From a bacterium BMS3Bbin03 (GTDB taxonomy: Bacteria > Zhuqueibacterota > JdFR-76 > BMS3Abin05), in the NCBI GenBank assembly GCA_002898015.1, contig BDTM01000016.1:38535-102534 (forward strand): a DNA stretch of 64,000 nt, read 5' to 3'. The notes under the pieces are model-generated. The model saw only the letters and a program-made list of their open reading frames with translations, ran no database searches and was not told where the DNA came from. The translations under genes were made by a program, and so were the position numbers. Below are positions 55,328 to 63,547 of this stretch, piece after piece (the first letter of the stretch is position 1; each line of letters opens with the position of its first letter).

Positions 55328-57292
55328 ATGCGGGGTCTGACCTTAAAAAAAATAATCGGTTGTACACTGCTCTTTGTTCTGATCGCCGGCACGTCCGCCC
55401 CGTTGTCTGCCCAGCAGGTGGCGATGTTTCGCATGACCAAATTAACAGGCTCATTGAAGCTGAGATTTATGGACGAGCGCCGAATAAAACCCCAATATTC
55501 AAAAAGACCCTTCTTTAAAGAAACCCTGGAGTTACGCAATAAAGGATTTATTATTAGTCCGAACGTTTTCCTTTTTCAATGGGTCGGCAATCTGAGTCTC
55601 TCCCAGGAACACTATGTTTACACGAATTTTGAGCAGTATTCGAAAGCACGATTTCTAAATCATTATCTCTCAGGTTCATTTTTTAACAGAAGTGCTTATC
55701 CAACCTCATTTGTGTGGAGTAAACTTAACAATGTATTAAATACGGATTATGGCGTGCGTACTTCGTATGATATTAACCGGTATCAAGCGAGCACTATCTT
55801 CAATAAAAAGTTTTTGCCTTCAACCCTCAGGATAGGCATAGAAGAAATGCGCGAGGAATGGTCGAGGGAAGGCTGGGCAACCCGGCTGAATCAATTGCGA
55901 AGAACGATTCAATATGACGCCCATCGAGGGAATAAATCGAATATTAGTCTCAGTTATGACTTGCTGGATATCCGGGACCGCATTTACGCAGATCGAAGCT
56001 ACGTATCCCATAACGCCCATTTAAATTTTATTCGTTACTTTGGCCGTGATTCAAGTCAGACCTGGAATGGTGTCTTTCGCTTTTATCGCCGAAAAGGACT
56101 TCGAAATTATCAGAATATCAGGACAATTCAGACCATGCAACTGAAACACAACTATGGATTTTCCAGTCGATATCGATACAGTGTTTCCAGCATACATTTA
56201 AAAAATTATTCGTCTTTATTGCAAACGGCGTTTTTTACCCTAAATCATCAACTCTTTTCCAGTCTAAACACTACGGTTGGGGCCGGGGGGACCTACGGCA
56301 AATTAACGGACGGCAAGGAATCCTCATACGCATTTAACGGGGGTGTGAATTACATTAAACATGTGCCGCTTTCCGGGAATCTGCGTATTGTGTACAACCG
56401 CGCCTATTCCATAGAAGATCGCCACCTGAAGGGCACGTTACAAACAGTTGTACGAGAACGCCATCTGTTAGGAACCGACCTTCCCATATTTTTGGATGAA
56501 CGAAACATCCTTATTTCCACAATTGTGGTCTATGATGAACGGGGAGAGATCATTTATGAAGAAGGCGAAAACAAAGATTACATTGTTCGTGTTATCGATG
56601 ATTTAGTTGAGATTTATCGCAATCCTTTGGGACGAATACAGGGGAATCAAAGCATATTGGTTGATTATCAGTTTCGAACGCTGCCTTCTATGAGGTATTC
56701 AACAAACACGACTATTTTTAATATAGGCCTCAGTTTTAAATGGATATCGTTTTACTATCGAGTCAATCATCATTATCAGAATTTATTGAGGGGTTCATTG
56801 GAGAAGGAATCTCTTCTTCAAAACATGCTTATTAAAACAATCGGTTTGAAAATGTCCCGGCGCGGGAATACCTGGGGCACTTCGCTTTTTGTTGAACAGA
56901 AGATTCGGGAATCAAATTTAGTGGCTTACCGTTTATTGGAAGTGCGCAATATTTCTTTTCTGCAACTGAACCGGGTGATGACGCTCTCCTCCAAATTTAC
57001 GCTGTCTCTGTTTGATTACACTCATGTAAATCGAAATATCAATATTTACAGTTATCGTCCGGAGCTCCAATGGTATCCAACAAACCTGTTTTCAATAAAA
57101 GTTTATGGGGAACTGCGCATTCGGCGGGATTCTGCAAGTTATGAACAATTTATTCTCGATTTGGCCGGATTTGCTCAGTGGTATTGGAGAGTGATGAAAT
57201 TGCGATTATCGTATCATCGCCAGACGTGGAGAATAGGCCCTCGCCAGCTAAAAGTCAATCGTTTCACTGTGGACTTTGAACGGTACTTTTAA
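55328..57292 (+). CDS. Large outer-membrane beta-barrel protein (about 654 aa)
   Basis: Signal peptide (LLFVLIAGTSAPLSAQQ). Alternating hydrophobic/aromatic beta-strand pattern is rich in Y/R/N/S, and the C-terminus ...VDFERYF ends in Phe, as typical of OMPs. Confidence 0.75.
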   Translation: MRGLTLKKIIGCTLLFVLIAGTSAPLSAQQVAMFRMTKLTGSLKLRFMDERRIKPQYSKRPFFKETLELRNKGFIISPNVFLFQWVGNLSLSQEHYVYTNFEQYSKARFLNHYLSGSFFNRSAYPTSFVWSKLNNVLNTDYGVRTSYDINRYQASTIFNKKFLPSTLRIGIEEMREEWSREGWATRLNQLRRTIQYDAHRGNKSNISLSYDLLDIRDRIYADRSYVSHNAHLNFIRYFGRDSSQTWNGVFRFYRRKGLRNYQNIRTIQTMQLKHNYGFSSRYRYSVSSIHLKNYSSLLQTAFFTLNHQLFSSLNTTVGAGGTYGKLTDGKESSYAFNGGVNYIKHVPLSGNLRIVYNRAYSIEDRHLKGTLQTVVRERHLLGTDLPIFLDERNILISTIVVYDERGEIIYEEGENKDYIVRVIDDLVEIYRNPLGRIQGNQSILVDYQFRTLPSMRYSTNTTIFNIGLSFKWISFYYRVNHHYQNLLRGSLEKESLLQNMLIKTIGLKMSRRGNTWGTSLFVEQKIRESNLVAYRLLEVRNISFLQLNRVMTLSSKFTLSLFDYTHVNRNINIYSYRPELQWYPTNLFSIKVYGELRIRRDSASYEQFILDLAGFAQWYWRVMKLRLSYHRQTWRIGPRQLKVNRFTVDFERYF

Positions 57293-57351
57293 AGAATTAT
57301 CCGCCTTAAGATTCTCTTGCTTTTCCCAAAAATTAATCGTATTTTTTCATA

Positions 57352-57582
57352 ATGTTAAAGAATATTTGGAGACTGTGGAAGAAATTCGCACACGCATGGG
57401 GTGTGGTGAATACCTTCGTGCTTTTGTCGGTTACCTACATCGTCCTCATCGGACCTGTGGGTCTTGTCTTAAAGCTTTTCGGACGAGACATTCTCAATAA
57501 AAAAGGGTCTTTAGAGAAGAGTCCCTGGGTTATCCGAAAACCGGAAGACGATTCGTACAATACCTACAAGCATCCTTTTTAG
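57352..57582 (+). CDS. SxtJ-like small membrane protein
   Basis: 76 aa (WKKFAHAWGVVNTFVLLSVTYIVLIGPVGLVLKLFGRDIL). This pattern and position before a carbamoyltransferase match my recollection of the SxtJ family. Confidence 0.5.
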   Translation: MLKNIWRLWKKFAHAWGVVNTFVLLSVTYIVLIGPVGLVLKLFGRDILNKKGSLEKSPWVIRKPEDDSYNTYKHPF

Positions 57583-57589
57583 GAGTTTT

Positions 57590-59329
57590 ATGACGATACT
57601 TGGAATTTCTGCTTTTTACCACGATTCTACTGCGGCGCTTGTGCAGGACGGGATGTTAATTGCCGCTGCCCAGGAAGAACGGTTTACACGTAAAAAGCAC
57701 GATTCTTCCTTTCCGGTCAACGCCATTCGTTTTTGCCTGAATGAAGCCGGTGTCTCTCCGAATGAATTGGATGCCGTGACGTATTATGAAAAACCATTTA
57801 TCAAATTTGAGCGGATTTTGCTCACCTATTTGGGCACGTTCCCGAAGAGTATGCATTCTTATTTAAAGGCTCTTCCTCTCTGGCTCAAGCAAAAACTCTG
57901 GATTTCACATCTCATTCGGAAGGAATTAGATTACGACGGGGAGATTTTGTTTACGGAACATCACCAGTCACATGCCGGAGCAGCCTTTCTGTCGTCTCCT
58001 TTTGAAGAGGCGGCAATTCTTACGCTGGACGGTGTCGGCGAATGGGCCACGGCCACGATGGGAATCGGGAAGGGGAACCGGATTGAGATTTTAAAAGAGA
58101 TTCATTTCCCGCATTCACTTGGGCTGTTTTACAGCGCGCTGACTTACTATTTGGGATTTCGGGTAAACAGTGCCGAGTATAAGGTGATGGGATTGGCTCC
58201 GTATGGAAAACCCCGTCTTATGGACAAAATGCGGGAATTGATTCACTATTTTCCGGATGGCGCTTTCTCCCTTAATATGAAGTATTTTGCCTTCGATTAC
58301 GGCCTCACCATGACCAACCGGCGGTTCGAAAAGCTGTTTGGTCAGCCCAGACGCCGACCGGATCTCGAATTAACCGGTTTTCACAGGGATGTGGCGGCCT
58401 CGGGACAGAAAATGCTGGAAGAGATTGTTTTAAATGCCGCAAGGATTTTGCGGGAAGAAACGGGACAAAAAAATCTCTGTTTGTCCGGCGGTGTGGCGCT
58501 GAACAGCGTGGCCAATGGGCGCCTGCTGCGGGAAAAGATTTTCGATAATATTTTTATCCAGCCGGCAGCGAGTGACGCAGGAAGCGCTCTCGGAGCAGCA
58601 CTTTTGGCCGCAAATCAATTAAAAAAAGAGAAGCGCCGTTTTGTGATGACACACGCTTACTGGGGAAGTCTTGCAAAGAATGCGGAGATTGAACGCTTTT
58701 TGAATCACTATAAAATTCCTTTTCAAAAATATTCCGAAGAAAAATTGACCCGCAAAACCGCCGCACTGCTGGCAGAGGGGATGATCGTGGGTTGGTTTCA
58801 GGGGCGATCCGAATTTGGGCCGAGAGCCCTGGGCAATCGCTCTATTCTGGCCGATCCCAGGCGGCCCGACATGAAAGACAGGATCAACGCCCGGGTAAAA
58901 TTCCGGGAGGCATTTCGACCCTTTGCCCCGTCCGTGATTCTTGAGAAAATGCCAGACTATTTTGATCTGGATTGCCCCAGTCCGTTCATGCTTTTTGTGG
59001 CGCCGGTGAAACAGCCGGATAAAATCCCCGCCGTCACACACATTGACGGCACCGCCCGCGTGCAGACCGTGACGCAGGAGACGAATCCACGCTTCTACCG
59101 GTTACTGGAAGCATTCGAAGAAAAAACGGGGATACCGGCACTTTTGAATACATCCTTTAATGTGCGCGGCGAACCGATAGTGGAGACACCCGAAGAGGCC
59201 TTCACCTGTTTCATGCGAACCGGAATGGATGCTCTATCCATGGGAGATTATTTATTGGATAAATTGGAAATGCCGCCCATTGACTTTTTCGATTTTTTAG
59301 ATAAACCGTTTAAATTCGAGGAGGACTAA
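57590..59329 (+). CDS. NodU/CmcH-family carbamoyltransferase
   Basis: ILGISAFYHDSTAALV, EERFTRKKHD, HHQSHAGAAF, and the C-terminal NTSFNVRGEPIV. Confidence 0.9.
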   Translation: MTILGISAFYHDSTAALVQDGMLIAAAQEERFTRKKHDSSFPVNAIRFCLNEAGVSPNELDAVTYYEKPFIKFERILLTYLGTFPKSMHSYLKALPLWLKQKLWISHLIRKELDYDGEILFTEHHQSHAGAAFLSSPFEEAAILTLDGVGEWATATMGIGKGNRIEILKEIHFPHSLGLFYSALTYYLGFRVNSAEYKVMGLAPYGKPRLMDKMRELIHYFPDGAFSLNMKYFAFDYGLTMTNRRFEKLFGQPRRRPDLELTGFHRDVAASGQKMLEEIVLNAARILREETGQKNLCLSGGVALNSVANGRLLREKIFDNIFIQPAASDAGSALGAALLAANQLKKEKRRFVMTHAYWGSLAKNAEIERFLNHYKIPFQKYSEEKLTRKTAALLAEGMIVGWFQGRSEFGPRALGNRSILADPRRPDMKDRINARVKFREAFRPFAPSVILEKMPDYFDLDCPSPFMLFVAPVKQPDKIPAVTHIDGTARVQTVTQETNPRFYRLLEAFEEKTGIPALLNTSFNVRGEPIVETPEEAFTCFMRTGMDALSMGDYLLDKLEMPPIDFFDFLDKPFKFEED

Positions 59330-59511
59330 TGAGAAAACGAATCAAGTATGCCAAACAGCGCCTCTCGATTTTCAGCGAATTCTGGCAATTTATGAAAGTG
59401 CGTAAAAAATGGTGGCTGGGGCCAATCATTTTGGTTTTGGTCATTTTGGGTTTTTTCATTGTTTTTGTGGAAGGCTCCGCTCTGGCACCGTTTATTTATG
59501 CCCTGTTTTAA
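59329..59511 (+). CDS. DUF5989-like small membrane protein
   Basis: 60 aa (FMKVRKKWWLGPIILVLVILGFFIVFVEGSALAPFIYALF). The start overlaps the carbamoyltransferase stop. Confidence 0.6.
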   Translation: MRKRIKYAKQRLSIFSEFWQFMKVRKKWWLGPIILVLVILGFFIVFVEGSALAPFIYALF

Positions 59512-59515
59512 ACAA

Positions 59516-59547
59516 AATCTCCCCGGGCGTCCGGTCCCGGAGAGATT
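59516..59547 (+). terminator. Hairpin (terminator-like, no U-tract)
   Basis: AATCTCCCCGGG / CCCGGAGAGATT gives a 12-bp stem with one mismatch and an 8-nt loop. It lies between the DUF5989 gene and pfkA. Confidence 0.35.
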
Positions 59548-59584
59548 CGGGCCTCTGTTAAAAGTGATTAAAGGATAATTTCCA

Positions 59585-60682
59585 ATGAACACCATTTCCA
59601 AAATTGGCATTCTGACCGGCGGCGGAGATGCACCCGGATTGAATGCGGTGATTCGTGCAGTCACCAAAACAGCCATTCTGGACTACGGCTGGAAAGTGAT
59701 CGGCATCCGGGACGGCTTCCAGGGACTCATCGAGCCGGAACGAACCATTCTGCTGACACTCAAATCGGTGCGCGGCCTCCTGCCCAGCGGAGGCACTATT
59801 TTGGGTACCACAAATCGCGGGAATCCTTTTCATTATCCGGAAGAAAACGGAGATGAAATACGCTATGTCGACAGATCCGGCACGGTGTTGGATCGTCTAA
59901 ACGAATTGGGAATCGATGTTCTTGTTGTGATTGGCGGGGACGGTTCGCTTGCGATTGCCAGAGATTTTATCCGGAAAGGCGTTAAAATTGTCGGCGTTCC
60001 CAAAACGATTGATAATGACATCCTTGCCACAGATTTAACGTTCGGTTACTCCACGGCAATTACAACCGCCACGGAAGCCATCGATAAATTGCACACCACG
60101 GCAGAGAGCCACCACCGCGTGATGGTGCTGGAGGTGATGGGGCGGGAAGCCGGCTGGATTGCGCTGGAATCCGGGATTTCCGGCGGAGCCGATGTGATTT
60201 TAATTCCCGAAATCCCATTTGACTATGACGCGATTTGCGGCAAAATTTGCGGACGGCGGGAAAAGGAAATTATGTTCAGCATTGTGGTGGTGTCCGAAGG
60301 GGCGTTTCCCCGGGGCGGCAAGCCAAGCTACCAGCAGATTCCTGCCGGAAAAAAAGAGGTTGTTAAACGATTAGGCGGCGTGGGAGAACGGGTGGGGGCG
60401 GAGATCTCCCGGCGCTTGAATGTGGAAACCCGTGTTACCGTGCTGGGACATCTGCAGCGGGGCGGAGGGCCCATCCCGTTCGACCGGTTTCTGGCAACCC
60501 GTTTCGGTAAAGCGGCGGTTCAACTCATCGCAGAGAATAAGATGGGCCAAATGGTCTGTCTGCACGGCCGAAGGGTTGAATCGATTCCCATCGAAAAAGC
60601 CGCGGGCGCCAACAAGTTGGTCGATCCGGACGGCCAGGTAGTTAAAATGGCCGAATCGCTGGGCATCTGCCTGGGAAGATAG
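59585..60682 (+). CDS. pfkA: ATP-dependent 6-phosphofructokinase
   Basis: GGGDAPGLNA, IGGDGSL (Gly, ATP-type) and PKTIDND. Confidence 0.85.
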   Translation: MNTISKIGILTGGGDAPGLNAVIRAVTKTAILDYGWKVIGIRDGFQGLIEPERTILLTLKSVRGLLPSGGTILGTTNRGNPFHYPEENGDEIRYVDRSGTVLDRLNELGIDVLVVIGGDGSLAIARDFIRKGVKIVGVPKTIDNDILATDLTFGYSTAITTATEAIDKLHTTAESHHRVMVLEVMGREAGWIALESGISGGADVILIPEIPFDYDAICGKICGRREKEIMFSIVVVSEGAFPRGGKPSYQQIPAGKKEVVKRLGGVGERVGAEISRRLNVETRVTVLGHLQRGGGPIPFDRFLATRFGKAAVQLIAENKMGQMVCLHGRRVESIPIEKAAGANKLVDPDGQVVKMAESLGICLGR

Positions 60683-60698
60683 GAGGAATATCAGGTTC

Positions 60699-61481
60699 GT
60701 GATCACGTATGCGATCGAGGCGGCAAAGATCGGCGGAAAAATTTTACGGGACTCTTTCAGGAAAATTGATCCGGCGCTGGCTGAAGAAAAGTCACCCAGA
60801 GATTTTGTGACGGAAGTGGACAAACGCTCGGAAGACGCCATTCTGAATTATTTAAGCAGGCACTTTCCGGAGGATGCCGTGGTGGCCGAAGAGTCCGGCA
60901 CCCATTTCGGGAAAAGCGATTACCGCTGGTATATCGATCCGTTGGACGGAACGAAAAATTACATGCACGGATTTTCCATGTTTTGTGTGTCGATTGGTCT
61001 TGCCCGAAGAGGAGAGCTGGTGGCAGGCGTGGTGTACGATCCCATGCTGGATGAGTTGTTCACCGCCGAGAAGGGAAAGGGTGCCTTTCTGAATGGATCC
61101 CCGATTCGCGTCTCACCGATCTCGGATTGGAATCGCACATTGCTGGCAACCGGATTTCCCCACCGTTCGAAGGAGGTGCTGGATCTGTATTTAGAGTCGT
61201 TCCGTAAATTGTTCGTACAGGTTTCTGCCGTTCGGCGGTCCGGCTCGGCCGCATTGGATCTGGCGTATGTGGCCGCCGGCCGATTCGAGGGTTTCTGGGA
61301 ATTGAAGCTGAATCCTTATGACATTGCCGCCGGAATTTTGCTGGTGCAGGAAGCCGGCGGAGTCGTTTCGGACCTGGCGGGCGGCAATTCATTTCTGGAG
61401 ACGGGAAATATTCTGACGGCCAATCCGCACATCTACCCCGGAATGCTGTCGGTTACAAAACAGGTGTTTGGGAATCGATAA
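60699..61481 (+). CDS. Inositol monophosphatase family protein (SuhB-like)
   Basis: VAEESG, WYIDPLDGTKNY and the C-terminal WDIAAG-like YDIAAG. GTG start. Confidence 0.85.
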   Translation: MITYAIEAAKIGGKILRDSFRKIDPALAEEKSPRDFVTEVDKRSEDAILNYLSRHFPEDAVVAEESGTHFGKSDYRWYIDPLDGTKNYMHGFSMFCVSIGLARRGELVAGVVYDPMLDELFTAEKGKGAFLNGSPIRVSPISDWNRTLLATGFPHRSKEVLDLYLESFRKLFVQVSAVRRSGSAALDLAYVAAGRFEGFWELKLNPYDIAAGILLVQEAGGVVSDLAGGNSFLETGNILTANPHIYPGMLSVTKQVFGNR

Positions 61482-61580
61482 TAGCCATCGATTGTCTTTA
61501 TTCGGCTGTAATGAGGTATGAAAAATAATTCAAAATTGGGGTTGGTCAATTAGTTTAATTTTTAACCACAGGAGATTAAA

Positions 61581-61886
61581 ATGAATATTTACGTGGGTAA
61601 CCTTCCGAAAACCACAACAGAAGAAGCCGTTCGTCAGATTTTTGAAGAATACGGTGAAGTGGCTGAAGTAAAGCTGATTAAAGATCAGTATTCCGGAGAA
61701 CTTCGTGGGTTTGGATTTGTACAAATGCCTTCGAAAGCAGGCGCACAGATGGCCCTTCAGAAAGTGGATGGGATGGAGTTTGAAGGACGCAAATTAATTG
61801 TGAACGAGGCTCGTCCGCAAAGAGACCGCTCAGGTGGTCGTCAAGGCGGCGGCGGACATCGAGGTTCACGACCGCGTTCCTGGTAA
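61581..61886 (+). CDS. RRM-type RNA-binding protein with C-terminal Arg/Gly tail
   Basis: RNP-2 NIYVGNL, RNP-1 RGFGFVQM, and tail RSGGRQGGGGHRGSRPRSW. Confidence 0.9.
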   Translation: MNIYVGNLPKTTTEEAVRQIFEEYGEVAEVKLIKDQYSGELRGFGFVQMPSKAGAQMALQKVDGMEFEGRKLIVNEARPQRDRSGGRQGGGGHRGSRPRSW

Positions 61887-61928
61887 GACGAATCTTAAAT
61901 CATCCTCTAAATCTGGATTAGTGAATGT

Positions 61929-62089
61929 CTCTGTTGATTAAGGCGATTAAAGAAAATAAGGTTCAATAAATTGAAAAAGTACGCAAAAAGAGAAAGAGCC
62001 AAAAATAAAATCTACACGTAGTGTTGTTTACTGCAGCAATCGGCATGAGATAACAGCGCTTCCGTAAAGACAGGACTTAATCAACAGAG
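61929..62089. repeat. 14-bp perfect inverted repeat enclosing 133 nt
   Basis: CTCTGTTGATTAAG (61929-61942) and its exact complement CTTAATCAACAGAG (62076-62089). The interior is A-rich. Confidence 0.6.
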
Positions 62090-62124
62090 TCATTAATAAC
62101 CGGGGAGATTTTTTGCTATTAAGG

Positions 62125-62147
62125 TTCTTCTCCTGATTTCAGAAGAA
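62125..62147. other. Hairpin TTCTTCT-N9-AGAAGAA
   Basis: 7-bp perfect stem in the convergent intergenic region. Confidence 0.4.
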
Positions 62148-62173
62148 AATACTATCCATGGATTTGAAAATTT

Positions 62174-62300
62174 TGACAAGGTACTTCTGAGCGTAAACGC
62201 TCAGGCTAAAAAGAGCAAGAACGCTAAAGCGTTCTTCAAAGAGGTTACTTCTTTTAGCCTGTTGCTTTCACGCTAGGTGATGCTTGTCATACTGTTTTTT
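62174..62300 (+). ncRNA. Candidate structured small RNA or compound terminator (nested stems + U-tract)
   Basis: Outer stem TGACAAG (62174-80) / CTTGTCA (62283-89). Hairpin CTGAGCG-TAAA-CGCTCAG (62187-62204). Stem GGCTAAAA (62204-11) / TTTTAGCC (62252-59) encloses hairpin AAGAACGC-TAAA-GCGTTCTT (62217-62236). T6 at 62295-62300. I recognise no known family. Confidence 0.3.
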
Positions 62301-62353
62301 AAAGATATGGCAGTGCAGCCTATGGCACCCTTTGTCAGCTTCTGGAGAAGAAT

Positions 62354-63283
62354 CTAATATAATAACGTTTCTTTTTCCCGTTTTACCACCCGTACCATGG
62401 CTTCCAGATTTAGCATAAAGGCTTCCTTGGGCTGGCGGATGTCGCGGGCTTCGTATTCTTCATGGGTCATTTCCTGCACCACTTGTTGAATATCTCCCTC
62501 GAATTTCCGCAACCCTTGCTCGATGCGGTCGTGATAGCGTTGGTTTTCCTCGAGCGTTTTCCGGATGTGAGTCTGAACGGATTTTTTTCCAATGACGACG
62601 CCGCTGTGCGGAAGGGCGAGCACTTCAATTTCCATGTTTTGAATTCGCCTCAAAGAGGTCATCAAACTGTGAAAATTCGATGTAAATTCGGCCATTAAGC
62701 TTCCGTTGTGCGTATAAACGCCGAGCCCGTCGCAGCCAAATAAAACTTGATCCGGCTTCAGGTAGTACCAGATGCCGTCTCTGGTGTGTCCCGGGGAGTA
62801 AATGGCTTGCAGGCTGATGTGATTATCAAGGTCGAAGCTCTCTCCGTCTTCGACCGGATGGTCAATTTTTAACTGATCGATTCTGACTTTTTCCCTGTAG
62901 GCATCCGGCAAGGGGAAAAAGCGTTCGGACTGTGCATTCAGCGTTCGGATTAAGTCAAGCGCTTTGGGATTGGAGAAAATTTTTTGAATTCTCGGGTGGC
63001 CCGCGACCTGCAGCCGGGGATGGACTCTCTTTAAATAAGCCATGCCTCCCACGTGATCATAGTGAGAATGCGTCAGAAACAGGTAGAATAGATTTGTAAC
63101 GGATCCGAGAATAGACGAAATGTCCCGTTCAAGCAGGGGTACCGAAACGGTGTAGCCCGCATCGATGAGCGCCGGTTTGGGTGCCGTAATGAGGTAATTG
63201 CAGACCCTGGGATCATTGATAAAGTGCACATGATCGCTAATTTTTCCTTTTTTTTGCAAGAACATAAAAAGCCTTTCTCTCAA
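62354..63283 (-). CDS. MBL-fold metallo-hydrolase
   Basis: THSHYDHVGG (HxHxDH) plus downstream His/Asp ligands (SPGHT, CDGLG, LPHSG). Confidence 0.85.
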   Translation of the reverse strand: MRERLFMFLQKKGKISDHVHFINDPRVCNYLITAPKPALIDAGYTVSVPLLERDISSILGSVTNLFYLFLTHSHYDHVGGMAYLKRVHPRLQVAGHPRIQKIFSNPKALDLIRTLNAQSERFFPLPDAYREKVRIDQLKIDHPVEDGESFDLDNHISLQAIYSPGHTRDGIWYYLKPDQVLFGCDGLGVYTHNGSLMAEFTSNFHSLMTSLRRIQNMEIEVLALPHSGVVIGKKSVQTHIRKTLEENQRYHDRIEQGLRKFEGDIQQVVQEMTHEEYEARDIRQPKEAFMLNLEAMVRVVKREKETLLY

Positions 63284-63547
63284 TTCATTATTGATATGTT
63301 CTTGAATTATCGCTATATTTTAATAACTATTTTGGGAAAAAACAAGTCTATTTTTGGTTATTTATCCGGGGTTGTCCGGCGCTGCGAAATCGCAAATTTG
63401 TATTTTAAATCTATTCCCTGAATTAAAGGGGATAAATCCGAAAAGGTGTGTTTGTCGTTTTTTACCCCTGCCGTCCTGAATAATTCACCGCAGAGGTCGC
63501 CGGGAACACAGCGGTTATATAAACCTAAATTAAAAGGCCGGTCATTG

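Noticed and set aside
61971-62021. 16-codon basic mini-ORF (TTG-MKKYAKRERAKNKIYT-stop) inside the 14-bp inverted-repeat unit.
   Set aside because: It is too short, has a non-ATG start and only a weak AAGG upstream. The A-rich sequence yields Lys/Arg codons by composition alone. It cannot be supported without ribosome profiling or conservation.
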